Shown here piece after piece: positions 8,614 through 17,244 of a stretch of DNA of 43,036 nucleotides. Below the pieces are notes generated by a model that worked only from the letters and a program-made list of their open reading frames with translations, was not told where the DNA came from and searched no databases. Both the position numbers and the translations under genes were made by a program. The DNA is from a virus (Duplodnaviria > Caudoviricetes). Numbering within the stretch: position 1 is the stretch's first letter; every line of letters starts with the position of its first letter. The stretch spans positions 1 to 43,036 of the IMG/VR virus record IMGVR_UViG_3300048861_000039. One strand, written 5' to 3'.

Positions 8614-8987
8614 TTCACTCGGTCATCCCGCGTGCGTACTTCGTCGGCGATGAGCCGGCGCAGGCAGCCGTCAAAGAACTGGCGAACCCGGTAGCCCGGT
8701 ACGCGGAGATGACCCGCAGGCTGGCAACGGCACGCTTTGAGAAGCCGGCAGGTAAGGCGGCGCTCTATCGCGACGCCGTTGAACTGCGCGGCCTGATCCT
8801 TGCTCGCGCGACGTCCGCCGGCATCGTCGACCATGAGCTCGATATCTTCTGGGAGGCGGCCACGGTCGCCGCATCGGAGAAGTATCGCCGCAAGGTCGAG
8901 ATCTACCCGCTGCCCAGCCGGGCCGAGATTGGCGATGCGGTCGCCGACGCGCGGCGCGCTCGGGCCTTCGCCTGGGCTCGCCGCTGA
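8610..8987 (+). CDS. Hypothetical protein
   Basis: Start and stop overlaps on both sides. Confidence 0.7.
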   Translation: MIHSVIPRAYFVGDEPAQAAVKELANPVARYAEMTRRLATARFEKPAGKAALYRDAVELRGLILARATSAGIVDHELDIFWEAATVAASEKYRRKVEIYPLPSRAEIGDAVADARRARAFAWARR

Positions 8988-9277
8988 TGCGCGCGCTCTC
9001 CTACATCGCCGCCAGCGCTGTGCTGATCGTCCTGGCGTTCCTGTCCTATCGGGCTGGCAGCACCTGGGGCGCCTTCACCTTCGGATCGCTGCTCTTCCTG
9101 CTGTTTTTCGGCGAGGACATTGTCCACGGCCCGGCCGTCGCGCCGCCTGCGCCCGACGCGCTCGATCCGTGGCGCCCGTTTCCCCCAAGCCTCGGCGACC
9201 CTTTGCCCCTCCCGGTCGCTCCTAACCCTGTCGGCGCCTTCGAGGCGGGCGCCGACGCAACCTTGGCGGAGCGCTGA
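8987..9277 (+). CDS. Small membrane protein (2 TM, Pro-rich tail)
   Basis: Two hydrophobic stretches; TGATG coupling. Confidence 0.65.
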   Translation: MRALSYIAASAVLIVLAFLSYRAGSTWGAFTFGSLLFLLFFGEDIVHGPAVAPPAPDALDPWRPFPPSLGDPLPLPVAPNPVGAFEAGADATLAER

Positions 9278-9280
9278 GCA

Positions 9281-9649
9281 ATGAAGATTGTCACCGTCCG
9301 CTATCGCCGCCTCCAGTCGCATGATCGGGGCTATGGGCATGATGCCGTCGAGGCAGAAGCTGAGGTTGGTCAGTACGAGACACCGGAAGAGGCGCTGAAG
9401 GCCCTACGTGGGTGGGTCAATTCGCACTTGTCCGGCGTGCGCCTTGAAGACTCAGTCGTCGAAAAGATCGATGACCTCGACGGTCGCCTCCGCACGCGGG
9501 AGCGCTCGCTCGAGCGCATGAACGAAGAGATCGAAGGCGCGAAGAAGGCCCTCCGTATCTCGGAGAAGCTTCGCGCCCTTGCCCAAGCGGCTGGGATTGG
9601 CAGTGACGAGCTGAACGTTCTGTTCGGCGACGACGACATCCCCTTCTGA
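9281..9649 (+). CDS. Coiled-coil protein ending in SSB-like DDDIPF
   Basis: Heptad-rich centre; C-terminus FGDDDIPF. Confidence 0.75.
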   Translation: MKIVTVRYRRLQSHDRGYGHDAVEAEAEVGQYETPEEALKALRGWVNSHLSGVRLEDSVVEKIDDLDGRLRTRERSLERMNEEIEGAKKALRISEKLRALAQAAGIGSDELNVLFGDDDIPF

Positions 9650-10017
9650 TGCTCGCGCGCCCCGACACCCGCCCGCGGCACAAGAATGCCGGACGTCCTG
9701 CCGAGAAGTCGGCGCCGGGCTTCCTGCAATGGCTGCGCGGGCGCCCCTGCTACATCGCGAACCGTCGCTTCCACGTCTGTGACGGGAAGGTGCGAGCCTG
9801 TCACGTCGATCACGCGGGCGGGAAGGGCATGGGGACGAAGGTCGCCGACAAGTGGTGCATCCCCATGTGCGATCGCGGGCACAGCGAGCAGCACAGCATC
9901 GGCTGGCGATCCTTCGAGGCGAAGTACGGATTCGTCGGGCCGCTGATCGCAGCGATCTACTGGCAGGAATGGCCGAGCCGCTTCGCGTGGGAACGGAAGC
10001 AGGAGGGCGGGCAGTGA
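9649..10017 (+). CDS. DUF968-like / putative HNHc nuclease
   Basis: FLQWLRGRPC...ACHV...GMGTKVADKWCIPMC..HSEQH. Confidence 0.8.
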   Translation: MLARPDTRPRHKNAGRPAEKSAPGFLQWLRGRPCYIANRRFHVCDGKVRACHVDHAGGKGMGTKVADKWCIPMCDRGHSEQHSIGWRSFEAKYGFVGPLIAAIYWQEWPSRFAWERKQEGGQ

Positions 10018-10403
10018 CGGCCGTCCCGAACTTCGTGACTGACGATATGGAGCAGCAGCTTCGGGAGTGCGTCCAGATCACGCCGAGCGCCATTAACCCT
10101 TGGTATGGCGGCTGGCAGCCGGGCGCGACCTATACCGATCAGCAGCTGCGCGAGCTCGCGCGCCTGGGCCTTGATCCGCAGACGGTCGACAAGCTCGACG
10201 TCCATGTAAAGGTGACCGCCCGGGAGATGTGGTGGCCTACCACGGTCTCGACGCCGGTCCGCCGCGTCCCGTGCCCCGTGGTCGGTCACCGCGCCGATCG
10301 CCTGCGCGTGATCGCGCCGCAGGGCGCCGCCAAACTTGTCTATGCGACCGGTGAACTGACCCGGCCGCGCGCTCGAAGGGCAGGAGGCTTCCTTGGTCGC
10401 TGA
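10014..10403 (+). CDS. Hypothetical protein
   Basis: GGAGG RBS; GTGA overlap. Confidence 0.65.
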   Translation: MTAVPNFVTDDMEQQLRECVQITPSAINPWYGGWQPGATYTDQQLRELARLGLDPQTVDKLDVHVKVTAREMWWPTTVSTPVRRVPCPVVGHRADRLRVIAPQGAAKLVYATGELTRPRARRAGGFLGR

Positions 10404-10731
10404 CCCTAAACTTCATATCCTTCAACACTCGCTCGGGTTGGACGAATACGGACGCGGCTCAATGTACCGCAACCACTTCGTCACTGGCGAAGGGTCAATC
10501 GATCACCCCTATTGCATGGCGCTCGTCGCCGACGGCCTGATGGGAAGGCGCGAAGGGTCGCAGCTCACTGGCGGTGACGACCTTTTCCATGTCACCGACG
10601 CTGGTAAGACGTTCGTTCAGGAGCACAGTCCGGCGCCGCCGAAGCTGACGCGTTCGCAGCAGCGCTACCGTCACTATCTCGATTCGGACAGCAGCTTGAG
10701 CTTCATCGAATGGGCGCGGGCCAATGGCTGA
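10393..10731 (+). CDS. Conserved-type phage hypothetical protein
   Basis: LHILQHSLG...YRNHFVT...KLTRSQQRY; GGAGG RBS. Confidence 0.75.
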   Translation: MVADPKLHILQHSLGLDEYGRGSMYRNHFVTGEGSIDHPYCMALVADGLMGRREGSQLTGGDDLFHVTDAGKTFVQEHSPAPPKLTRSQQRYRHYLDSDSSLSFIEWARANG

Positions 10732-10906
10732 GCAGTCAATGACCGCCCTCGAGGTCCGCGACAAGGCCGTGCAGTTGATCAGTGATCATGCGCAGCGGTT
10801 GGGGCTAGACCCGTTCGCCTCTGCAACCCTGTTGCGTGCAATCCGCAGCATACCCGTGGACGGTGCGCAGGAATCCTGCGGAAAGGTCGCAGATGGGCGC
10901 CGCTGA
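10724..10906 (+). CDS. Hypothetical protein
   Basis: Overlaps both neighbours. Confidence 0.55.
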   Translation: MAEQSMTALEVRDKAVQLISDHAQRLGLDPFASATLLRAIRSIPVDGAQESCGKVADGRR

Positions 10907-11144
10907 GAAGCTCGACGCGCCGCTGCCGTTCTGGCCGGAGGGCATGAGCCGCGCCATGGCGCTCGCCTACACCGGCGTGTCAGAGGTGCAGATGCGCGCC
11001 TGGGAAAAGGCGCGGAAGGTGACCTTCCGCCCGCGCGGGCCGAATGGTGCGATGATCGCGCTGCGCGCCGATCTCGCCACCGCGCTCGCCGAGCTGCTGT
11101 CCCCGTCCGCCGCCAGCGAGGATCTCGACTTTGGCGATGACTAG
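10893..11144 (+). CDS. Putative excisionase
   Basis: Small winged-HTH (WPEGMSRAMALAYTGVS) overlapping the integrase start. Confidence 0.7.
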   Translation: MGAAEKLDAPLPFWPEGMSRAMALAYTGVSEVQMRAWEKARKVTFRPRGPNGAMIALRADLATALAELLSPSAASEDLDFGDD

Positions 11145-12363
11145 GCTCCCCTCCTATGTGCAGATCCAGAAACTCGCGGGCGGGAAGCGCGCGTTCTACT
11201 GGGTTCGGCCGCAATGGGCGAAGCCGCCGGCTCTGCGCCACGGCAAGCTGTGCCCGGTCGAATCTCGCGCGCTCGGTTCGGACGAGGTCGAAGCGAGAGC
11301 AAAGGCGGCCGCTCAGAACGAAGCATTTGACGCTTGGCGCCGCGGGGAAGAGGCTGCGGCAACGGTCGGCACGATCGCGTGGCTCTTCAACTGGTACCGC
11401 GAGAGCGCCCGCTACCGCGACCTGCGACACATCACCCGCAAGGGCTACCGTGTTGCCATGGACATGGTCGAGGCGATCGAGATGAAGAACGGCGTCTTCG
11501 GGACGCGCCAGGCGAAGGTCATCGACGCCGCCGCCGCCGACAAGCTCTACACCAAGGCCAAGGCCAAGCATGGCGAGCGCCAGGGCGGCTATATGATGCA
11601 GGTCTGCAAGCTCGTCTGGAATCAGGCGATGCGTCCCGGCAACAGCAAGGCCACCGGCGTGAAGGAGAACCCGTTCCTCGGGATGGGCATCAAGAGCAGC
11701 AGTGGGCCGGGCAGGGGGAACCGTGCGGCCACGCGGGCGGAATATGACCTCTACCGGGCAGCAGCGCGTGAGATGGGCCGCCAGAGCTTCGCCACGGCCG
11801 CCGCGCTGTGCTTCGAGGGCTGTCAGCGCGTCTACGACGCCTTCGGCTTCGAGGACCCCGACAAGAAGGTGAAACGCGGCGTGCTGTGGGCCGACTATCG
11901 ACCGGGCGAGCGAATCGGACTGATCCAGTCGAAGACCGGCAACGTCGTCGACCTGCCGCTGGTCGACAAAGCCGCCGGCGAGACGATCGCGCTCTATCCG
12001 GAGCTCGAGGAGGAGCTGGCGCGCATGGAGCGCCGCTCCGACGGCGGGCTGATCGTCCGCGACGAGCGCACCGGCGAGCCCTACACGACCAGCTATATGG
12101 CGACGCTGCATCGGCGCATCCGCACGAAGGCGGGCCTGCCGAGCGATTTGCGGTTCACCAGCTTCCGCCATGGCGGGCTGACCGAGATCGGCGACAGCGG
12201 CGAGGACGATGTCCGGCCGATCAGCGGGCATAGCACGCTCGAGGTCACCCGGATCTACAACAAGGCCAACCAGGTGAAGGCCAAGCGCATTGCCGCGCGA
12301 CGGCGCGAACACATCGCGATCGTCACTGCCGGCGCGGAAGGGAGCGACGATGCAGACGCGTAG
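11137..12363 (+). CDS. int: Tyrosine integrase
   Basis: GCQR, QSKTG, SFRHG, SGHST, RIY catalytic motifs; adjacent attP. Confidence 0.92.
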   Translation: MTRLPSYVQIQKLAGGKRAFYWVRPQWAKPPALRHGKLCPVESRALGSDEVEARAKAAAQNEAFDAWRRGEEAAATVGTIAWLFNWYRESARYRDLRHITRKGYRVAMDMVEAIEMKNGVFGTRQAKVIDAAAADKLYTKAKAKHGERQGGYMMQVCKLVWNQAMRPGNSKATGVKENPFLGMGIKSSSGPGRGNRAATRAEYDLYRAAAREMGRQSFATAAALCFEGCQRVYDAFGFEDPDKKVKRGVLWADYRPGERIGLIQSKTGNVVDLPLVDKAAGETIALYPELEEELARMERRSDGGLIVRDERTGEPYTTSYMATLHRRIRTKAGLPSDLRFTSFRHGGLTEIGDSGEDDVRPISGHSTLEVTRIYNKANQVKAKRIAARRREHIAIVTAGAEGSDDADA

Positions 12364-12376
12364 AACAGTCCGTGAA

Positions 12377-12608
12377 TGTCATAATGGATGTCAGAACGGC
12401 TGTCATAATGCCCAACGGGCAAAGCTCCGCCCTCAACCAAAAACGCTAGGGTTTTCGGGAGGTTGGAATGGCTCCCCGGGCCTGATTCGAACAGGCGACC
12501 ATTCGATTAACAGTCGTCTTGTTTCTCAATGTTTTCAACGTCCGTTCATACATTTTCCTCCTCTGTTCACCCACGGTATTCCGGCTCGCAATCGACCTTG
12601 TCATAATG
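12377..12608 (+). repeat. Integrase arm-type sites flanking the att core
   Basis: TGTCATAATG at 12377, 12401, 12599 and TGTCAGAACG at 12389 (12-bp period). Confidence 0.7.
12469..12516 (-). other. attP core equal to the 3' half of tRNA-Asn(GTT)
   Basis: Reverse complement CGACT-GTT-AATCG AATGGTC GCCTG TTCGAAT CAGGC CCGGGGAG CCA gives anticodon arm, T arm, acceptor 3' strand and CCA; no 5' half. Confidence 0.9.
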
Positions 12609-12793
12609 ACCGGGCCGGTTCCGTGTCCACGATCTGTTCTACCGCTTTCGCGGCCACAGGTCGAGCATCTCTCCGCCGCTCCACCCCTAGCGGCATCGCC
12701 CTGATCACGATCGGGCTGCTCGGTATGGCGGGGGCGTTTTGATGACCGCCCTCCTCTTCGTCGGGTCGCTCGGCGTGATGGGGGTGCTGTAGC

Positions 12794-14158
12794 ATGGGCG
12801 GAGCTATCGCACTTCCGCGCACCGTCGTTGATTTGGTTGAAGAGTATCAGACCAAGGATGCGGCGATCGAGGATGCCATCAAGGCATTTGATCGGGCATT
12901 CGATGCGCTCGGCATGGCGGCGACTGTCCAAGGGACATTCATCGATTCAGTCGGCAAGCAATCGTATTTGCACGCCAGTTCTCTGCGGAAAAACCTGCTC
13001 GCGTCAGGCTGGAAGGCCATCTACAACCGCCTCCAGATCGATCGCATTGCCAGCGCCAAGGATAAGCAACTTTTTGAGCGGACGATTGCCGCCCCGCCGC
13101 CGCTTACTGTCGATAACGCACGCGCCACCTTCGGCGATTATTTCGAGCGGCCGCGCTTCCACATCCTGCGCGGCTTGGCAGAGGCGTTCGCTGACCTGGA
13201 CCCGGCCTACAAGTCGCATTCGAAGGTTCGCATCGGCGTAAAGGGTCTGCCTAAGCGGGTGATCCTGAGTAGCTGGAACGAGTATGGCAGCGGCTACGGC
13301 GCCGATCGCTTCAAGAACATCGTGAATGCCCTCGCAGCTTACCAAGGACGGCCGCAGATTGAATGGGTCGAGATCGCGGAGATTAATGCGACACACCGGG
13401 CCGGCCAAGATGCCATCTTGGATGGGAAGACGCTCACGTGGGATGTGAAGGGCTCCGACCCGATACAGCGGATCGGCATAGAGCGTGGTATCACCGTGCG
13501 GCGGTTCGGCAACGGCAACGCCCATGTGTTCTTCGACAAGTGGACGTTGCTCGACATCAACCGTGCGCTTGCCGAGTTCTATGGCGAGGTGTTGCCGGAT
13601 GCGCCAGAGGGCGGCGCAGCGAAGCGTCCCGGCACGGACATTGCTAAAGATCTTCAGTTTTACTGGTCGCCGCCGAGTGTGGTCGAAGAGGCCCTAGAAT
13701 TTGCCGGCATCCATGAGCAGACCGAGTATACCCGGAGCCGTGGGATCGATGCCTATCGCGTGCTGGAGCCGTCGTGCGGCGATGGTCGCATCTTGGACGC
13801 GATCCGTAAGCGCGGGCATCGAGCTCTAGGCTTTGAGTTCGATGGAGGCCGCGCTGCCGAGAGCCGCGCCAAAGGCCATTCGGTCGTGACGGCCAATTTT
13901 CTGGAGCAGGCGCCGACGCCCGAGTTTGACAAAGTGGTGATGAACCCGCCGTTCTATGGCCGCCATTACGTCAAGCACGTCGAGCACGCGCTTCGGTTCC
14001 TCAAGCCCGGCGGCACGCTGGTCAGCATCCTGCCGGCGACCGCGCATTACGATCACGGTGAGCTGACCGGAGAATGGCGGGATTTGCCCGTGGCGAGCTT
14101 CGCTGACGCCGGGACCAACGTGCCCACGGGCATGATCCGCATGAGGATCGCCGCATGA
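12794..14158 (+). CDS. DUF4942-type domain plus N6-adenine DNA methyltransferase
   Basis: FGNGNAHVFF domain; QFYWSP, VLEPSCGDG, VVMNPPF motifs. Confidence 0.88.
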   Translation: MGGAIALPRTVVDLVEEYQTKDAAIEDAIKAFDRAFDALGMAATVQGTFIDSVGKQSYLHASSLRKNLLASGWKAIYNRLQIDRIASAKDKQLFERTIAAPPPLTVDNARATFGDYFERPRFHILRGLAEAFADLDPAYKSHSKVRIGVKGLPKRVILSSWNEYGSGYGADRFKNIVNALAAYQGRPQIEWVEIAEINATHRAGQDAILDGKTLTWDVKGSDPIQRIGIERGITVRRFGNGNAHVFFDKWTLLDINRALAEFYGEVLPDAPEGGAAKRPGTDIAKDLQFYWSPPSVVEEALEFAGIHEQTEYTRSRGIDAYRVLEPSCGDGRILDAIRKRGHRALGFEFDGGRAAESRAKGHSVVTANFLEQAPTPEFDKVVMNPPFYGRHYVKHVEHALRFLKPGGTLVSILPATAHYDHGELTGEWRDLPVASFADAGTNVPTGMIRMRIAA

Positions 14159-14539
14159 CCCGAGCTGAGAGCGTTGCTCGCGAAAGCGACGGAGGGGCCT
14201 TGGGCGCTGAACGGGTCGCAGCCCGACACAGACGTTCGTGTGGAGACAGACGCGCCAGGATATCACAACGACGGTTGGTGCCTTGTGTACGAACTGCGCG
14301 GACCCGACGCTTGGGCCAACGCCGCCCTGATCGTCGCTCTCCGCAACAACGCTTCGGCGCTGCTGGACCGGATCGCCGAACTGGAGGGGGTGCTAGCTGG
14401 CGTGCTGCCGTTCACAGAGGCGGAAAGACTTGCAGAGGCGTCCGCGGTTCGCTGCGGCGCTATCAGGAATCCGATCGCAAAGGCCGTGACGCGCGCTGCC
14501 AACGTTCTTTCCACCGCGATAAACGGGAAGGCTGAGTGA
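14155..14539 (+). pseudogene. Ead/Ea22-like gene with apparent +1 frameshift after ATG (or intact from TTG 14174)
   Basis: LLAKATEGPW...NAALIVALRN...LLDRIAELE; coupled ATG 14155 is one base out of frame. Confidence 0.55.
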
Positions 14540-14754
14540 TGGAGCGTGGGATACGTGAAATGCATGGAGTCGGCGATATGCGGGTTCGCGTCATCGAGGA
14601 GACCAACCATATCAAATTGAGTGCATCCAGCGAGCGATTGACGCCTCAAGAGGCACGCTACGTTGCGTCGAAGCTCAATCGGCTCGCGAAACGCATCGAA
14701 GCCCGCGCCAAGGAAGCCATCTCCCAATCCCCCACGAAGGGAGACGCGTCGTGA
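14539..14754 (+). CDS. Hypothetical protein
   Basis: TGATG coupling. Confidence 0.6.
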   Translation: MERGIREMHGVGDMRVRVIEETNHIKLSASSERLTPQEARYVASKLNRLAKRIEARAKEAISQSPTKGDAS

Positions 14755-15203
14755 GCGCGCCCAAGCGCACCGCCAACCATCCGGGCTGGATCGATCAGCG
14801 CGCATTGGAGATCGCTCAGGGCATAGCGGCAGAGCAAGGCATCACCGACGTCCAGCAGATTGCACGCATTCAGATCGGCGCGATCGAGGGGATCAAGTCA
14901 CAACCTGCATCTCTCGCCGACACCCGCGCGGATGCTTGGCAGGATATTGCGACGGCACCCTATTGCACGCCCGTGCGCACCCGAGCAGGTCACATGACCT
15001 TCGAAGCGGCACTATGGCCCGACGTCAGCGAGAACGACGAAGGACAGTCCTGCGATCAGTGGCAGGCTGTCCACGAAGGCGAACATCCGCCGTGCTGGTC
15101 TGATGGTGCCTGCTGGTCGAGCAACGTGGATGAGGTCATGAGCCTCCAGCCCGATGCGTGGATGCCCCTGGCCCCTTCCGATCGGGGAGACGCGTCGTGA
15201 GCG
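14739..15203 (+). repeat. 19-bp direct repeat at gene junctions (14739-14757, 15185-15203)
   Basis: GGGAGACGCGTCGTGAGCG, two exact copies. Confidence 0.9.
14751..15200 (+). CDS. Hypothetical protein with WQDIATAP...WMPL (DUF551-like) module
   Basis: Motif; GTGA overlaps. Confidence 0.7.
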   Translation: MSAPKRTANHPGWIDQRALEIAQGIAAEQGITDVQQIARIQIGAIEGIKSQPASLADTRADAWQDIATAPYCTPVRTRAGHMTFEAALWPDVSENDEGQSCDQWQAVHEGEHPPCWSDGACWSSNVDEVMSLQPDAWMPLAPSDRGDAS

Positions 15204-15475
15204 ATCTGGAGAAGCTGGCGGCGGCTTGGAACAGCGTGCCGACCCTGCCACCGATCGAGTTCAGCGAAGACGAGGCGGCGAGTCTCATCGGGGCGGTCGT
15301 GTCTGCGACACTGAAAGAGGCGGCGCAGGCCTGCATTGATCAGCAGGAGGTTTTCCTGTCGCCGCTATATGCGACTGGCCAGCCGATGAGTTCATTCCAC
15401 GAGCGCTTTGCCTGTGGCCGGTGCGCAGGGGAAATTCTCGCCCTGACCCCATCCTCGCGTCGGGAAGGGCTGTGA
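15197..15475 (+). CDS. Hypothetical protein
   Basis: GTGA overlap; GGAG RBS. Confidence 0.6.
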   Translation: MSDLEKLAAAWNSVPTLPPIEFSEDEAASLIGAVVSATLKEAAQACIDQQEVFLSPLYATGQPMSSFHERFACGRCAGEILALTPSSRREGL

Positions 15476-15660
15476 TGGGCATCCGCAGCATCCTTTTCCG
15501 CCTCGCGACTTGGCGCGATCCTCGAAACGCCATCACGGATTACGACGATCTTAGGGTTGCCGACATGCGAGCAAACCCCAGCATCGAAAACGAACTTCGG
15601 ATGAAGAGGGCGGTCGCTGCCTATCGCTACATTCGCCAGCTTCAAGGAATTGAGCCATGA
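15475..15660 (+). CDS. Hypothetical protein
   Basis: TGATG and ATGA coupling. Confidence 0.55.
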   Translation: MGIRSILFRLATWRDPRNAITDYDDLRVADMRANPSIENELRMKRAVAAYRYIRQLQGIEP

Positions 15661-15944
15661 AGGCGCAAACCCTCATCTTGCCCATGAAGGCAGTCTACTT
15701 CGACCAGATTGCGGCTGGCACGAAGCTGGAGGAATATCGGCTTGTCACGACGTTCTGGACGAAACGCCTAGAGGGTCGATCGTACCGCAACGTCGTGCTG
15801 ACACGCGGCTACCCGAAGGCTGGCGGCGTCGAAGGCGAAACCCGCCTGACCCGGCCGTGGCGTGGGTTCCAGCGCAAGACAATCACTCATCCGCACTTCG
15901 GGCTCGATCCTGTCGAAGTGTTTGCCATCGGAGTAGAGCCATGA
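15657..15944 (+). CDS. ASCH/PUA-like domain protein
   Basis: LILPMKAVYFDQIAAGTKLEEYR...LTRGY signature. Confidence 0.85.
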   Translation: MKAQTLILPMKAVYFDQIAAGTKLEEYRLVTTFWTKRLEGRSYRNVVLTRGYPKAGGVEGETRLTRPWRGFQRKTITHPHFGLDPVEVFAIGVEP

Positions 15945-16543
15945 CCAACGAAACTCCGCCGCAGATGGCGCCAACAACCGGCCCTGAATATTGGCGCAAG
16001 CAGCATCACCGGTTGCCGTCCGTCCTGCGCGAGCATGTGACCGGGGTTCTCGTATGCGAGGCCGAGCCGCATGTGATTGCCGACGCCGTCTCGGCTGTCG
16101 AAGAGGCAGCGAACCTCATTGAGACCCTCCTCGCTCCGCCGCAGATGGCGGTGACTGTCGAGCCGAAACCGGCGAAGACCTCTCATGTGGGCGCTCCTGC
16201 AATATTCCTGTTGGAGCGCGAGTGTCGCACGCTCAACGAGGCGTTCGGCGGCCACGGCTGCTATCTCGTCGGATCGGCGTTGGAGCGCCCCGATTGGCGC
16301 GATGTCGATATCCGCTTCATTATGGATGATGACGAGTTTGCGGCGTTGTTTCCCGATGCCGACCAGCATTGGGAGTTCGACGCTCGTTGGCTGATCATGA
16401 CGACCAGCATTTCGGCGCACCTGTCGCGCGCCTCCGGCCTGCCCGTCGACTTCCAGTTTCAGCCCCGCACTCACGCAAACGAGCGCCACAAGGGACCTCG
16501 AAATGCGATGGGTATGAATTTCGCGAAGGAAGATTCGGCGTGA
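15941..16543 (+). CDS. Putative Pol-beta-type minimal nucleotidyltransferase with N-terminal insert
   Basis: YLVGS...DWRDVD and PVDFQFQ motifs. Confidence 0.65.
   Translation: MTNETPPQMAPTTGPEYWRKQHHRLPSVLREHVTGVLVCEAEPHVIADAVSAVEEAANLIETLLAPPQMAVTVEPKPAKTSHVGAPAIFLLERECRTLNEAFGGHGCYLVGSALERPDWRDVDIRFIMDDDEFAALFPDADQHWEFDARWLIMTTSISAHLSRASGLPVDFQFQPRTHANERHKGPRNAMGMNFAKEDSA
15954..16150 (+). repeat. 17-bp direct repeat 180 bp apart (15954-15970, 16134-16150)
   Basis: CTCCGCCGCAGATGGCG twice, encoding PPQMA. Confidence 0.9.
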
Positions 16544-17244
16544 CCAAATCCCCGAGTATCGAGCAGCAATTCGAGCGCATCAAATCGGTCGAGACGGCGC
16601 TCGCGAACGGCGCCCACTATGCGGACGATGACGAATGCCATCCTTGCTATCCGACGCTTGTAGCCGCTCGGCAGATCATCGAGAAGGCTTGGAACGACCG
16701 CCTACAGGCCCTCGCCGAACCCGCCACGGGGGGAGATTTGAGAGAGGCGATCGACCCGGAGGCCGAATATATGGCGTTCAAGATTTGGGCGGCCGGATGG
16801 TTTCCTGATCGAGAAATATTGCCGGTCACATCGCACCTGTTCGATGCGTGGATGGGGAGTGCCCGCCACCGGCAGCACGCCCTCTCCACCGCCCCAAGCA
16901 ATCCGCCCGCTCCGTCCGATGGGGTGCGGGAGCGCATCCATGCCGGTTTGCGAGCATGGATCGGGAACACGCCGGACATCGACCTGTCCCCGCGCATGAT
17001 CAGCGATGCTGCCGATTATATTCTGGGACAGCCCTATGGCACCAATCCAGCCGGCGAGGGTGGGGTGCGCGCGGAGACGCCTATCTACGGATGGGTAACG
17101 CATGGCGGCATCGTCTATTCCGGCGAGGGCTATCCGGTGCCGTGGCGCAAGTTCCATATAGACCGCCATAGCTGCGCGTCGCTGTTACTGGCTTGCGATC
17201 CGCCAGAATCTGCCCTGTCCGCGAACGGCGGGGAGGCTGGGTGA
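16540..17244 (+). CDS. Mosaic hypothetical protein
   Basis: Short modules joined by similar linkers (GGDLRE, SDGVRE, EGGVRAE). Confidence 0.6.
   Translation: MTKSPSIEQQFERIKSVETALANGAHYADDDECHPCYPTLVAARQIIEKAWNDRLQALAEPATGGDLREAIDPEAEYMAFKIWAAGWFPDREILPVTSHLFDAWMGSARHRQHALSTAPSNPPAPSDGVRERIHAGLRAWIGNTPDIDLSPRMISDAADYILGQPYGTNPAGEGGVRAETPIYGWVTHGGIVYSGEGYPVPWRKFHIDRHSCASLLLACDPPESALSANGGEAG

Noticed and set aside
10786-12312. 508-aa ORF antisense to the integrase
   Set aside because: Shadow ORF from high-GC codon bias; no motifs
12469-12516. Functional or suppressor tRNA gene
   Set aside because: Only the 3' half is present; anticodon is GTT; it is the att core
12520-12570. Degenerate TTTC/GTTC-N7 repeats as SOS boxes
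   Set aside because: Each mismatches the consensus; more likely accessory-factor sites in attP or chance
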